Shown here: piece after piece, positions 27,128 to 38,595 of the stretch
Layout: the number at the start of each line of letters is the position of its first letter
How positions within the stretch are numbered: the stretch's first letter is position 1
DNA from: Octopus vulgaris
Taxonomy: Eukaryota
Direction of reading: 5' to 3'
DNA length: 64,000 bases
Assembly (NCBI GenBank): GCA_951406725.2
Contig: OX597835.1
Location: forward strand, 37,014,001-37,078,000
Notes under the pieces: generated by a model
What the model saw: only the letters and a program-made list of their open reading frames with translations
Told to the model about the DNA's origin: nothing
Database searches by the model: none
Translations under genes and position numbers: made by a program

Positions 27128-27949
27128 AGGCCTGCTAGCTGAGATGTTTGCCAAGCCTTCGCAAATATATGTATATTTTCAGTGAAATCTATTCACTGAT
27201 CACCAAAATAAGAAATATTAAATTACTAAATATCTCAGAGAGATATGAGTGGTGGTGGAGTGATAGAGTGCTTGTATACTGTTAACTTAATGTGACAGGA
27301 AGTGTCGATGCTTCCTAGGGCTAAATAGCAGTGGTGTGATTCCCTTTACGGGACTGTCATGTTAAGTTGACAGTATACAACCGCTCTATCGCTCCACCAC
27401 CGCTCATATCTCTCCGAGATATTTAGAAATTTAATATTTCTAATATAGGAATGATATTTTGCACCAATATTTTTTATTCCTGTAATGTATTGTATTCCTC
27501 AGCATCCAAGTTGACATAGTATGTAGTGTAAACATGAGGTGCTGTGGTCTTCAACCATTTTTTGCCTGTGAACCTCTTTGATTCCTATTTTACTCTGCTG
27601 CAGGGGTTACCCTTTACTCTTTCTCTTTTACTTGTTTCAGTCATTTGACTGTGGCCATGCTGGAGAACCGCCTTTCAGTCGAGCAAATCGACCCCCAGGA
27701 CTTATTCTTTGTAAGCCTAGTACTTATTCTATCGGTCTCTTTCATCGAACCGCTAAGTTATGGGGACGTAAACACACCAGCATCGGTTGTCAAGTGATGT
27801 TGGGGGAACAAACACAGACACATGAACACGTACACATACACATATATATATACATATATACGGCGGGCTTTTTTCAGTTTTTGTCTACCAAATTCACTCA
27901 CAAGGCTTTAGTACTTAGGAATGAGAACCCAGGTTTGAAATTTCCCCAA

Positions 27950-27992
27950 GACACCTGATGAAGGCTGGAGGGTATATCAGCCAAAACATGTC
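27950..27992 (+). ncRNA. Degenerate hammerhead motif
   Basis: CTGATGA-A-GGCTG(N10)CAGCC-AAAAC; G12 is mutated and stem III is broken. Confidence 0.3.
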
Positions 27993-29087
27993 AACAACAA
28001 ACAATATGAGGACAAATATCCATCAAATGTAAATAACGTTAGGTGAATAATTTATTTTTTATTAAGCGTGAGTAAGTGTGGGAACCTTTTGATACCACCT
28101 CATACATCTGAACCTAATTTTTGGTTGGCGAGTGTGTCCTTAAAATACCTTTGTGGATCTCCAGTTTACTATTTAGTTGCATGGACCCCCAAAATCTTAT
28201 ATGGACCCTCAGAGGCCATATGGGCCCCGGTTGAGAAACCTACTGGACCCTCATAGCTAATGTTTAAAAATATCCTTTTGTATTTTTATAATTAAATATT
28301 AGGATTTGTATTAAAAATATTGTTAGAATATTTTGTGTATTGTATTTACCAACGTCGCCTTACTGGCACCTGTGCCGGTGGCATGTGTAAAAAGATTTGA
28401 GCGAGGTCATTGCCAGTACCGCCTGACTGACCCCGTGCCGGTGGCACATAAAAAGTACCCACTACACTCTTGGAGTGGTTGGCATTAGGAAGGGTATCCA
28501 GCTGTAGAAACTCTGCCAGATCAAGATTGGAGCCTGGTGCGGCCGTCTGATTCGCCAGTCCTCAGTCAAAATCGTCCAACCCATGCTAGCATGGGTTGGA
28601 CGTTAAACGATGATGATGATATTGTATTTTGTGTATTGTAGAAGCATAACCATTTTAACAGCAAAATCTTATACAGACCCCCACCCAAGGGTCATATGGA
28701 CCCTGGTTGGGAATCACTGATGTTCTGTAAACATTCAAACAGCATCACTATCTTTACAAATCTTGCTGCATTTCACATGGAATTTCTTTTGGTCCTCCAA
28801 AGTCATTTTTGTTTATAAGTTGATCTACTTTTTTTTTTTTTTTTGGCTGTTAATTTTGGTCAGAAAATACTGTAAATTTTTCATGTTACATCATCACCAT
28901 TGTTATCATCATCCTTTAACGTCCATTTTCCACAATGGCATGGTTTGGACAGTTTGACCAGAGCTGGCAAGCAGCAGAGTTGCACCAGGTTTCAGTCTTA
29001 TTTGATGTGGTTTCTATGGCTGGATGCGCTTCCTGACACCAACCACTTTATAGTGTGTGATGGGTACTTTTTACATAGCAAACTTTT

Positions 29088-29625
29088 AGGTGCAGGAGTG
29101 GCTGTTTGGTAAGTAGCATGCTTACCAACCACATGGTTCCAGGTTCAGTCCCACAGTGTGGCACTTTGGGCAAGTGTCTTCTACTATAGCCTCAGGCCGA
29201 CCAAAGGTTTGTGAGTGCATTTGGTAGATGGAAACTGAAAGAAGCCCATCGTATGTATATATATATATAGCTTGCTTACCAACCACATGGTTCCAGGTTC
29301 AGTCCCACTGTGTGGCACCTTGGGCAAGTGTCTTCTACTATAGCCTTGGGCTGACCAAAGCCTTGGGAGGATTTGGTAGACGGAAACTGAAAGAAGCCCA
29401 TTGTATATATGTGTGTGTGTTTGTCCCCCCAACATCGCTTGACAACAGATGCTGGTGTGTTTACGTCCCCGTAACTTAGCGGTTTGGCAAAAGAGACCGA
29501 TAGAATAAGTACTAGGCTTACAAAGAATAAGTCCTGGGGTTGATTTGCTCGACTAAAGGCGGTGCTCCAGCATGGCCGCAGTCAAATGTCTGAAACAAGT
29601 AAAAGAGAGAGAGAGAAAAGAGTAT
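29088..29625 (+). mobile_element. SINE A with duplicated 5' half
   Basis: Two head/core segments followed by one tail. Confidence 0.75.
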
Positions 29626-29875
29626 TCAAACAATCTTTTAATGGAGGGTTATTAGATATCTAATTGAGAATATTTCTTTTAAAATGGCCATTTACGTTGC
29701 TTTAAATGTTCAGTCTTTTAGTTTTAACTGGGACGTACTTCGGCTTTTTGAAATGGTAAGCAAAGACACTTGCGCAAGGTGCCACGCAGTGGGACTGAAC
29801 CTGATTCTCTTTTACAGTACTTTTTATAGTTTCTTTTGTACACATCTACTTCATAACACTTTGATAAGACAAGCC

Positions 29876-29914
<39 letters not shown>

Positions 29915-30155
29915 CTGATTGGTCAAACAGTATGCCTTTGCAAGTCCAATGTATTTCCATAAGTTTGTCCTCAATGTCCATGCTTCCTCTCTGATGAAAC
30001 ATAGCCAGTGTGTGTGTGTCTCTCTTCATTATTGGCATAATGAACCTCCCAGAATACAACAAAATAGCTTTCAACATGTGAATTCTCATCAATAATCTTG
30101 TAACAACCTTGATAACCTTTAATGTGTATGTGTGCATGTATATATGTAATATATA

Positions 30156-30229
30156 TATAAGTAAATAAATGGAGTTGAATGAAGATGTTATTAATAACAT
30201 CTTCATTCAACTCTATTTATTTACTTATA
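30156..30229. repeat. 74-bp spacerless palindrome
   Basis: TATAAGTAAATAAATGGAGTTGAATGAAGATGTTATT|AATAACATCTTCATTCAACTCTATTTATTTACTTATA, one mismatch. Confidence 0.9.
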
Positions 30230-31102
30230 CTACACAAATTACTACACATTAATCCGGAGTTTCTACCTTTGAATAGGTCGCTTCATCCGTGTTACTTGCG
30301 TGAATTTTGCTACCCTGGTAACTGTTTATTGAATTTTCCATGTTAACGGTAAACAAAGGATAATTCATTCATCCATTTATATATATATTTATTTATTTAA
30401 AAGAGTAAAGGACCCCCTTCAATCATGAATAACCATGGGATAGCACCTAGGAAGTTACCCTCCGGGGCACAAGCCCATGCACGGTTGTTTACGGAAGTTC
30501 AGCAATCGCTCATGCATACTAGCTTCCCCTCTCCACACCATTATATGTACATAGGGTAGAGACCCTTGATTATGAATGACCATGGAACTGCACCTAGAAA
30601 GTTCTCCTCCAAGATGCAAGACCAGGCAAGGTATCCAAGGGAAAGACAAAGGCTGATGCAGCTTGGCACCAGTGACGTTGCAACACATTTCTACGGCTGA
30701 GTGAACTGGAGCAACGTGAAATAAAGTGTCTTGCTCAAGAACACAACACACAACCCTGTCCAGGAATCAAATTCACTACCTCATGATTTTGAGCCTGACA
30801 CTCTAACCACTGAGCCATGTGCTGTAACCAGCTATACTGGTTTGATGGAATTTTGATTTAGCATTTGGTGGTGAGTTACCTGTTGCTTAGGAAGCACAAA
30901 TTGTACTGAAATCAAATGATGCAACAGTCCCGTTTGTTGGTGATGACAAAGTTTCGTCTACTGATATAATCTCTACTTTTTAGCACTTGATACCTATGCA
31001 AGATGACTTCCTAGGACAAATACTACAGCTTATGGCATTTAAAACAACACATCCAAGTTGGATGTAAATATTTACTACAAAGGTTGTTTCTATCATTAAT
31101 AG

Positions 31103-31161
<59 letters not shown>

Positions 31162-31345
31162 GAATGTATTTTTGCCTTGTTAACCATTAACACGGAAAAA
31201 ATAGTCACCAGGGCAGCAAAAAATCTCACAAGAGGTTGTAACTCCTTGTTTATAAAGGTAGAAACTTTCTTGTTTACGTGGAATTTTTTGTATAATATAT
31301 GAATAAATAAATGGAGTTTAACACAGGTATAAATCAAATATTTTT

Positions 31346-31429
31346 ACTTTTGACACGTTTCAAAAATTCCACATGTATTATTCAAAAGAATAAATGGTAT
31401 AAACAATGCAATCTTCTCTTCAGGAAAGT
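31346..31429 (-). ncRNA. Hammerhead motif with long stem II
   Basis: ACTTTC-CTGAAGA-(GAAGATT..~55 nt..AATTTTT)-GAAAC-GT-GTC-AAAAGT. Confidence 0.5.
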
Positions 31430-31484
31430 GAAAAAACGAAATTCCGTCAATAAGACATTTTAGCATATATGTATGTATATATAT

Positions 31485-32060
31485 TTTGGGTCATCCCATA
31501 AATAATGTGGTTTTTCATACTTCTTTTATTTTTCAAAATTAAGATAAACAAAGTTCTTTTTTAATTTAAAATCTACTCTCCTTCATTTATATAGTGCCTT
31601 TCCATCTATCTGGTAGATTTGAAAGGCCCCTCTTCCAAAATTTACTTGTCCATGATGAAAAATACTCCTCCAGTGCTGTTCTGACCTTGTCTACAGAATT
31701 CATATTTTTTCCATCCACATAATTTTGAAGAATGCGCAATAAATGATAATCAGATGGGGCAATGTCTGGGGAATATGGTGGGTGGGGCATCGTTTCTCAT
31801 TCAAACTGCTCCAGCCTTTGGAATGTCATCTTTGCTGTATGTGGCCGAGCATTATCCTGATGGAAGAACACCTTTTGTCTTGAAACCAAAGATGGTTGGT
31901 TTTTTTTCTAGTGCTGACTTAAGCCATTCAAGCTGCTCGCAGTAGATCTCCTTTGTTATTGTTTGGTTTGGGTTTAAAAGTTCAAAATGGACTAAACTTT
32001 TTTCATAACACTTTATGTGGGTGAAAACCTTCTTTAACCTGTATCAGCCTTTGCCTTGGA
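31485..32060 (-). mobile_element. Mariner 3' fragment
   Basis: FHQDNARPH, PHPPYSPDIAPSDYHL and LPDRW peptides; TIR-like TTGGGTCATCCCATAAATAATG at the left end. Confidence 0.85.
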
Positions 32061-32457
32061 TAACTTCACTGGAGCAGAGGGGGGAAGCAGGTATGCATGG
32101 GTGACTGCTGGTCTTCCATAAACAACCTCGCCCATTCTTGTCTTGGAGGGGAACTTTGTAAGTGCAATCCCATGGCCATTTCATGACCAAAGGGGTCTTT
32201 ACTCTTTTTTATTTTTTATCTATATAGTAATAACTGATGGTTAAATAAAATCCAGGCAATCTCTTCAAAAGCACTTCATGCTGAAACCTGGCTAGCAAAG
32301 TGTAAAAGTTACAACTTTTTGATTAACCAAAGAATTATTGGTCAAGTGTTAAAGGAGAACTTTGCCAACCGAAGGCAGGTATATCAAATATGATTGTTAT
32401 GGTCCTCACAAAGTGGATAACAATAATTTGAATTGAAGAAAAGAGCAGTCAAATTAA

Positions 32458-32717
32458 CCCTTTAGTGTTTGCATTGTTCTACCAAAATTAATGCTTTTTC
32501 ATCCACATTGTTTTGAACTAATCATGCATTATCTTGTAGCTATGAGATTTTGATGAGGTAGCTGTTAATTTTTAAAACGATATTGTAGGTTTGGTGTGAG
32601 ACCAGATCTGGCCAGTTTGAACATAAAACAGGCAGAATACTTTTGGCCGGGTATGGCCAGTTATGTTACATATGTGTTGGTGAATGAACATCATTTATTT
32701 CATATTACATATAAAGG
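32458..32717. mobile_element. piggyBac-type MITE
   Basis: TTAA|CCCTTTAG...TAAAGG|TTAA. Related copies lie at ~18710-18812, ~34905 and 35540-35839. Confidence 0.55.
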
Positions 32718-33114
32718 TTAAACAATTCATTCAGTAAATTTAGAGTTCATTCACTTCATCAGGCATTGTAATTTGATTCACAGTCAAGTTTTATGTATTT
32801 GATAAATATATTTGATGCCTCACTCTCCATGTCTCTATTTCTGTGTCTCTTTGGCTATCTCTCCCACCCTCTCTCTACCTTCTATCTCTTTCTCCTCTCT
32901 ACTCTTTCTCTCTCTCTCTCTCATCCTCTTATCTCTTCTTTGTCTCTCCTTCATATCTTCCTCTCCTCTGTCTTCAATGCTGTCTCTCTCTCTCTCTCCT
33001 TGTCCTTTCCTCTTTCTCTGTCCGTCTATCCACTGTCCCTTTCTCGATGCTTCCTCTCCCTTCCCCACCCAGTTCCATTGACCAATTGACCAAACTTTCT
33101 ATTATCTCTGACAG

Positions 33115-33204
33115 AGTGGCTAGCCCAGAATGGATATCTGGACAAGATATGGTATTTGAAAGTCCACATCCTCAGTTAAACACTCGCTCTAGGAAAACAC
33201 TCAG
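33115..33204 (+). CDS. Probable internal coding exon of the CaaX-protein gene (phase 2-2)
   Basis: Pyrimidine tract plus TCTCTGACAG acceptor and CAG|GTGAGA donor. 90 nt open (VASPEWISGQDMVFESPHPQLNTRSRKTL); splices in frame (AG+T = Ser) to 38596. Confidence 0.6.
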
Positions 33205-33242
33205 GTGAGATATGCACAGGCGACGAGGAGGTGATGTTGTCA

Positions 33243-33264
33243 TATCTCTCTCTCTTTCTCTCTG

Positions 33265-33295
<31 letters not shown>

Positions 33296-33560
33296 GTCAC
33301 TCTGCTTTTCTCTCTCTTTCTCTCTATCACTGTTTTTCTCTCTCTCTATCACTGTTTTTCTCTCTCTCTCTTTCTCTGTCACTCTGTTTTTCTCTCTCTC
33401 TCTCTGTCACTCTGCTTTTCTCTCTCTCTTTTCCTGTCACTCTGTTTCTCTCTCTCTCTCTCTTTCTCTCTATCACTGTTTCTCTCTCTGTCACTCTGTT
33501 TTCTCTCTCTCTCTCTCTCTCTCTGTCATTCTCTCTCTTCTCTCTCTTTTTTCTATTTAT
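33243..33560. repeat. (TC)n / TCACTCTGTTTT minisatellite
   Basis: Direct inspection. Confidence 0.9.
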
Positions 33561-34004
33561 TCTTTTATAATTCCATTTCCTTTTACTCTGTCTGTCTGTT
33601 TGCCTGCCTGCCTGTTTGTCTCTTTCTCTCTCTCCCTCTCGTCTTTATTCTTTCATCTCTACTCCTTTTCTTTTCCTTTCTCCTATTCTTTAACTGTTTC
33701 TTGCTTTGAAATGAAAACCCCAGTTGATTGTCTCAAATTGTTGATGATGACAACAACAGTGGCAATGGGTGCTGCCCCTTCCTTCCAGTTTTCAACACCA
33801 TTTCCAGTACCTTGATTTTGGCATTGTTTTTCATTCATCATCATCATCATCATCATCAGCAGCAATAAAGTTTAGTTGGTTCCGTTTTCTTTTCTTTTTC
33901 TTTTCTTGTCAGGCAATTTGACCAAATAAGGATTCTCTTTCGAGATCCTTGTTCTAGTATTAGTTGTTATGGGAATTAGGGGTGGGAATTAGATGTTGTC
34001 ATTG

Positions 34005-34240
34005 CAGTTGTTGTTGTTGTTTGTTACAGCTGTAGTCATTGTTATTACAGTAGTAGTAGTAGTAAAAGTAGTAGTAAATGTAGTGGTAGTTGTAGCAGTA
34101 GTAGTAGTAAAAGTAGTAGTAAATGTAGTGGTAGTTGTAGCAGTAGTAGTAGTAAATGTAGTGGTAGTTGTAGCAGTAGTAATAGCAGCAGCAGTAGTAG
34201 TTGTAGCAGTCATAAAAATAGTTGTAGTAGTAGTAATAGT
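34005..34240. repeat. (GTA/GTT/GCA)n trinucleotide tract
   Basis: Direct inspection; it resumes after the SINE at ~34549. Confidence 0.9.
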
Positions 34241-34242
34241 GT

Positions 34243-34548
34243 GGAGACGCAATGGCCCAGTGGTTAGGGCAGCGGACTCGTGGTCGGAGGATCGCAGTTT
34301 CAATTCCCAGACCGGACGTTGAGTGTGTTTATTGAGCGAAAACACCTAAAGCTCCACGAGGCTTCGGCAGGGGTTGGTGGCGACCCCTGTTGTACTTTTT
34401 CGACCCAAATTTCTGTCACTCTTTCTTCCTGTTTCTTGAGTAACGCTGCAATGGACTGGCGTCTCGTCCAGCTGGGAGGAACACATATGCCATAGAAACC
34501 GGGCCCATGAGCCTGGCTAGGCTTGAAAAGGGTGCATAAATAAATAAA
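34243..34548 (+). mobile_element. SINE family C with alternative body/tail
   Basis: Same head as 22750-23051 but continues CTGCAATGGACTGGCGTCTCGTCCAGC; second copy at 61927-62200. Confidence 0.75.
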
Positions 34549-34993
34549 GTAGTAATAGTAAAAGTGCTAGTAGTAGTAGTTGTTGTTACAGTGATAATTG
34601 TTATTACAGTTGCTTCTTATTGATTTAATTTCAGTCATATTTGTGTTGTTGCTACTGAAGTAGTTATTGTCATCAAATGTTATCAGAAGTGTGTGTGTGT
34701 GTGTGTGTGTGTGTGTCTCCTTGTCTTGATATTGTGTGGTGGTCATTCATTTCTAATATTCTGTGAGAACATACCAGGCCATGGAAGAAATATTACCTTG
34801 CTTGGAAACAGGTGAGGGTTAGCAACAGGAAGGGCATCCAGCTGTAGAAAGTCTGCCCCAAATAAAACTCAAGCCGACCCATGCAAGCATGGAACCGTGA
34901 CATTATCCCTTTAGCTTTCAGATTACTCTTGCCAAACTGTTTTAAATTAATCAGGCATTACTTTGTAACTTAGAGATTCCTATTATGGGATTA

Positions 34994-35224
34994 CTCTTTT
35001 ACTTGTTTCAGTCATGTGACTGTGGCCATGCTGGAGCACCATCTTTAGTTGAGCAAATTGAACCCAGGACTTATTCTTTGTAAGCCTAGTACTTATTCTA
35101 TCGGTCTCTTTTGCCAAACCGCTAAGTTACGGGGGACACACCAGCATCAGTTGTCAAGCAATGTTGGGGGACAAACACACACAAACATATACACACACAC
35201 ACAAACATATACACACACAAACAT

Positions 35225-35260
<36 letters not shown>

Positions 35261-35425
35261 TCGACGGGCTTCTTTCAGTTTCCGTCTACCAAATCCACTC
35301 ACAAGGCTTTGGTCGGCTTGAGGCTATAGTAGAAGACACTTGCCCAAGGTGCCACGCAGTGGGACTGAACCCAGAACCATGTGGTTGGTAAGCAAGCTAC
35401 TTACCACACAGCCACTCAGGCACCT
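34994..35425 (-). mobile_element. Full-length SINE A
   Basis: Reverse complement of 5021-5426. Confidence 0.85.
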
Positions 35426-35449
35426 AAAAGAAATGTGCCAACCACTGGA

Positions 35450-35522
35450 TGCTGAAACCTGGGATCGAACCAGGGACCTTTAGATCTCCAGTCTAACGCT
35501 CTCCCGACTGAGCTATTTAGGC
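35450..35522 (-). tRNA. tRNA-Phe-derived gene with anticodon GGA; probable pseudogene
   Basis: GCCTAAATAGCTCAGTCGGGAGAGCGTTAGACT-GGA-GATCTAAAGGTCCCTGGTTCGATCCCAGGTTTCAGCA, 73 nt. It has 5 substitutions versus the metazoan tRNA-Phe(GAA) sequence, including two acceptor-stem mismatches. Confidence 0.85.
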
Positions 35523-36413
35523 TGGATTGATTACTTTTGGAATGACATTGTGTAGGTGTGAGAGGCAGGATCTGGCTAGTTTGAACAGGAAACAAATAGA
35601 ATGTTTGGGCTGGATATAGGCGGTTTAAATGCTAAACAGTTAACGCTTTAACGTTCAGATTACCCTGTTAAATGTTAAGCACATTTCTTCGTATCATATA
35701 GCTTTGAGGTTTCAGTGATGTGATTGTTTAGTTTCAGAATGACATTGTAGGATAGGTGTGAGAGGCAGGATCTGGCCAGTTTGAATGTAAAACAAGTAGA
35801 ATATTGGGGCCAGATATGGATGGTTTAAGTGCTAAAAGGTTAAAAAGGATGATGTGACTAAAAAAAAAAAATATCTGCGAAAGAAGTTTGCTTCCCCACA
35901 ACATAGTTCTGTGTTCAGCCCCCAAAGTCCATCCCCTCCTCACCGTGGTGGGGACACTGGTAACGGGTAGTGTCAGAGCTATGCCGTTGGGAACTTTGGT
36001 TCCTGGTAGGGCCACCCGAGGTGGATTGGTCTGACACCGAGTGGTATTAGGGCCACAGCTCGGCAGACGGGGCTCTGGTGAAAATCCTCGGAGTGTCTGT
36101 TTCAGCAACCGGAGGCTCCTTGGTCGTTCTGTCCCTGCATCTGCAGACAATCTGCGGCAAACAGGATGTCTCTACATGCGGGTTTGTTGGGGACCACTTG
36201 TGAAATTCATATTCCCATGAAACTTCTTCCACTGCCATGGTTTGAGATGCCTCGAGGGTGGCAGAAGAAGCCGACTCAACCTGCCCAGGGTAAATGTCGC
36301 CACAAGTACAGGTACAAGTAAGTATGGCACATTGGGCGAGTGTGCTCTACTACAGCCTCAGGCTGACCAAAGCCTTGTGAGTGCATTTGGTAAATAGAAA
36401 CTGAAAGAAGCCT

Positions 36414-36454
<41 letters not shown>

Positions 36455-36462
<8 letters not shown>

Positions 36463-36761
36463 ATCACTTGACCGACCAGACCATCAGATGTTGTTACACA
36501 TCGCTGGTCACAATGCGTTCACATTGTTTTAGCCTTCGAATGACGCCACCCCGCTGGCTAAGCGAGCAGGCCAACAGAAGAAAGAGTGAAAGAAAGTTGT
36601 GGTGAAAGAGTACAGCTGGGATCACCACCCCCTGCCGGAGCCTCGTGGAGCTTTTTAGGTGTTTTCGCTCAATAAACACTCACAACACCCGGTCTGGGAA
36701 TCGAAACTGTGATCCTACGACCGCGAGTCCGCTGCCCTAACCACTGGGCCATTGCGTCTCC
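36455..36761 (-). mobile_element. SINE family C, full copy
   Basis: Near-identical to 22750-23051. Confidence 0.8.
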
Positions 36762-38242
36762 ACACACATATATATATATTCAATCCAGGGCAAGTTGTCT
36801 TGTCTGGTCTATGGTTTACAGGTGTTTTAATGCCCAGCGTTATTAGGGAGTCTCCCTAAATGCTGTCCTGCAGTGAATTTGCCGAATAAAGAAACCACAT
36901 ACATTGTGTATATGCGATCGATAATGTTTTTGCTTCCCAACCACATGGTTACAGGTTCAGTCCCACTGTGTGGCACCTTGGGCAAGTGTCTTCTACTATA
37001 GCCGCGGGCCGACCAAGGCTTTGTGAGTGGATTTGGTACACGGGAACTGAAATAAGCCTGTCGTATATATGTATGTATATATCTGTGTGTGTGTGTCTTT
37101 GTGGCTGCATTCCCCCTCTCCTCCATACTGGTTGACAACTGGTGTTGGTGTGTTTATGTCCCCATAGCTTAGCAGTTCAGCAAAAGAAACCAAGAGAATA
37201 AGTACCAGGCTTTAAAGGAAATTAGTCCTGAGGTCAATTTGTTTGACTAAAACGCTTCAAGCCACTGCTCCAGCTTGGCCAAAGTGAAATGACTGAAACA
37301 AGTAAAAGAATATATATATACATAGGTGTGTGTGTGTGTATTTGTCCCCAACAACTACTTAACAACTGGTGATGGTTTGTTTACATCCCCCATAAAAGAG
37401 AATGATAGAGTAAATTCCAGGCTTTACAAAAATTAAGTTGTGGGATTGATTTGCTTGACTAAAATTCTTCCAGGTAGTGCCCCAGCATGGCCGCAGTCTC
37501 ATGACTGAAACAAGTAAAAGGTAAAATGTAAACACAAGTCTGTATTCTGCAGATGAGGACTTAATAGGCTGGAACCTGTCCACAGGTGTCCCTTGCCAGC
37601 ACACAAACATGATGATGATGATGATAATGATGTTGAATACATAGGTGGTTGTCTGTGTTGTTATTGTTTGTTTTTAATGTTAATTCCAATCTTTTCCTTT
37701 TTTTTTTTTACATCCATTTTTCTTATTTTTCTAACTTCTTTAGAGATTTGACTACTAACAAAATATTGTTAATCTATTAATTTATTTGGAACGGTGAGCT
37801 GGCAGAATCAGCATGAGACAAATGTTTAGTGGGTTTTTTTGTCTGATTCATTACATTTGGAGTTCCAATTCCACCAATGTTGACTTTTTGAATACAGAAG
37901 TGATCAAAAAACCTCCAGCTCCTGGAGATCAGCAACACACATTGGTCAGTTATGACCCGGAGTCAGTTCAATTGGTGCTTTACCAGTCACTGGGCCCCCC
38001 CACTGGAAAAATGTTTAGCCTTCTACTTTTTTTGCTTTTACTTTAAGTTTTGATCAGTAATATTCTTTTCCCTGATTTCACTTCATGAAACAGTGGCCAT
38101 GCTGTGGCAACATCTTGTAAAGTGTAGTCAATTTCATCATCAAGCAAGTGTGTAATTTGAACTCCTGAATCCAAAATATAAAGAGGTTTAAGCCAATTGT
38201 CACACAGTATATGTATCTGATGCTCTACTGATTCTATCATTC

Positions 38243-38465
38243 ACCTATTTCTTTACTACCCACAAGGGGCTAAACACAGAGAGGACAGACAAACGGATTA
38301 AGTCGATTATATTGACCCCAGTGCGTAACTGGTACTTATTTAATCGACCCCGAAAGGATGAAAGGCAAAGTCGACCTCGGTGGAATTTGAACTCAGAGCG
38401 TAGCGGCAGACAAAATACTGCTAAGCATTTCGCCTGGCGTGCTAACGTTTCTGCCAGCTCGTCCC
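38243..38465 (-). mobile_element. SINE family B full copy with apparent TSD
   Basis: TGATTCTATCATTCACCT occurs on both sides (~38229 and ~38480). Confidence 0.75.
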
Positions 38466-38595
38466 CTCTATCTATCAATTGATTCTATCATTCACCTGCT
38501 AATTTTTTTATTTCTTTGTTGAGTTGTTTGTTTATTTCCAATACCTGTGTTACATAAAAATTAACAATGATATTTTTTTCTTTTTCTTCTTGCAG

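Larger units (their letters stand above)
25886..27443 (-). mobile_element. Tandem ~350-bp hammerhead-containing repeat (non-LTR retrozyme / Penelope pLTR-like) with inverted terminal segment
   Basis: Unit marker TTGTATACTGT at 25894, 26244 and 27272 (about 350 apart after removing the LINE insert). 27297-27443 is an inverted copy of the unit. Confidence 0.8.

Noticed and set aside
33212-33815. Leu/Ser/Phe-rich membrane-protein-like ORFs (also 16249-17013)
   Set aside because: Translations of (TC)n/(GA)n tracts.
33989-34345. Poly-Thr / poly-Val ORFs
   Set aside because: Trinucleotide repeat fused to a SINE head.
38567-38595. ATG start for the 1313-aa ORF
   Set aside because: MIFFSFSSC is a polypyrimidine tract ending in TGCAG, better explained as an intron 3' end.
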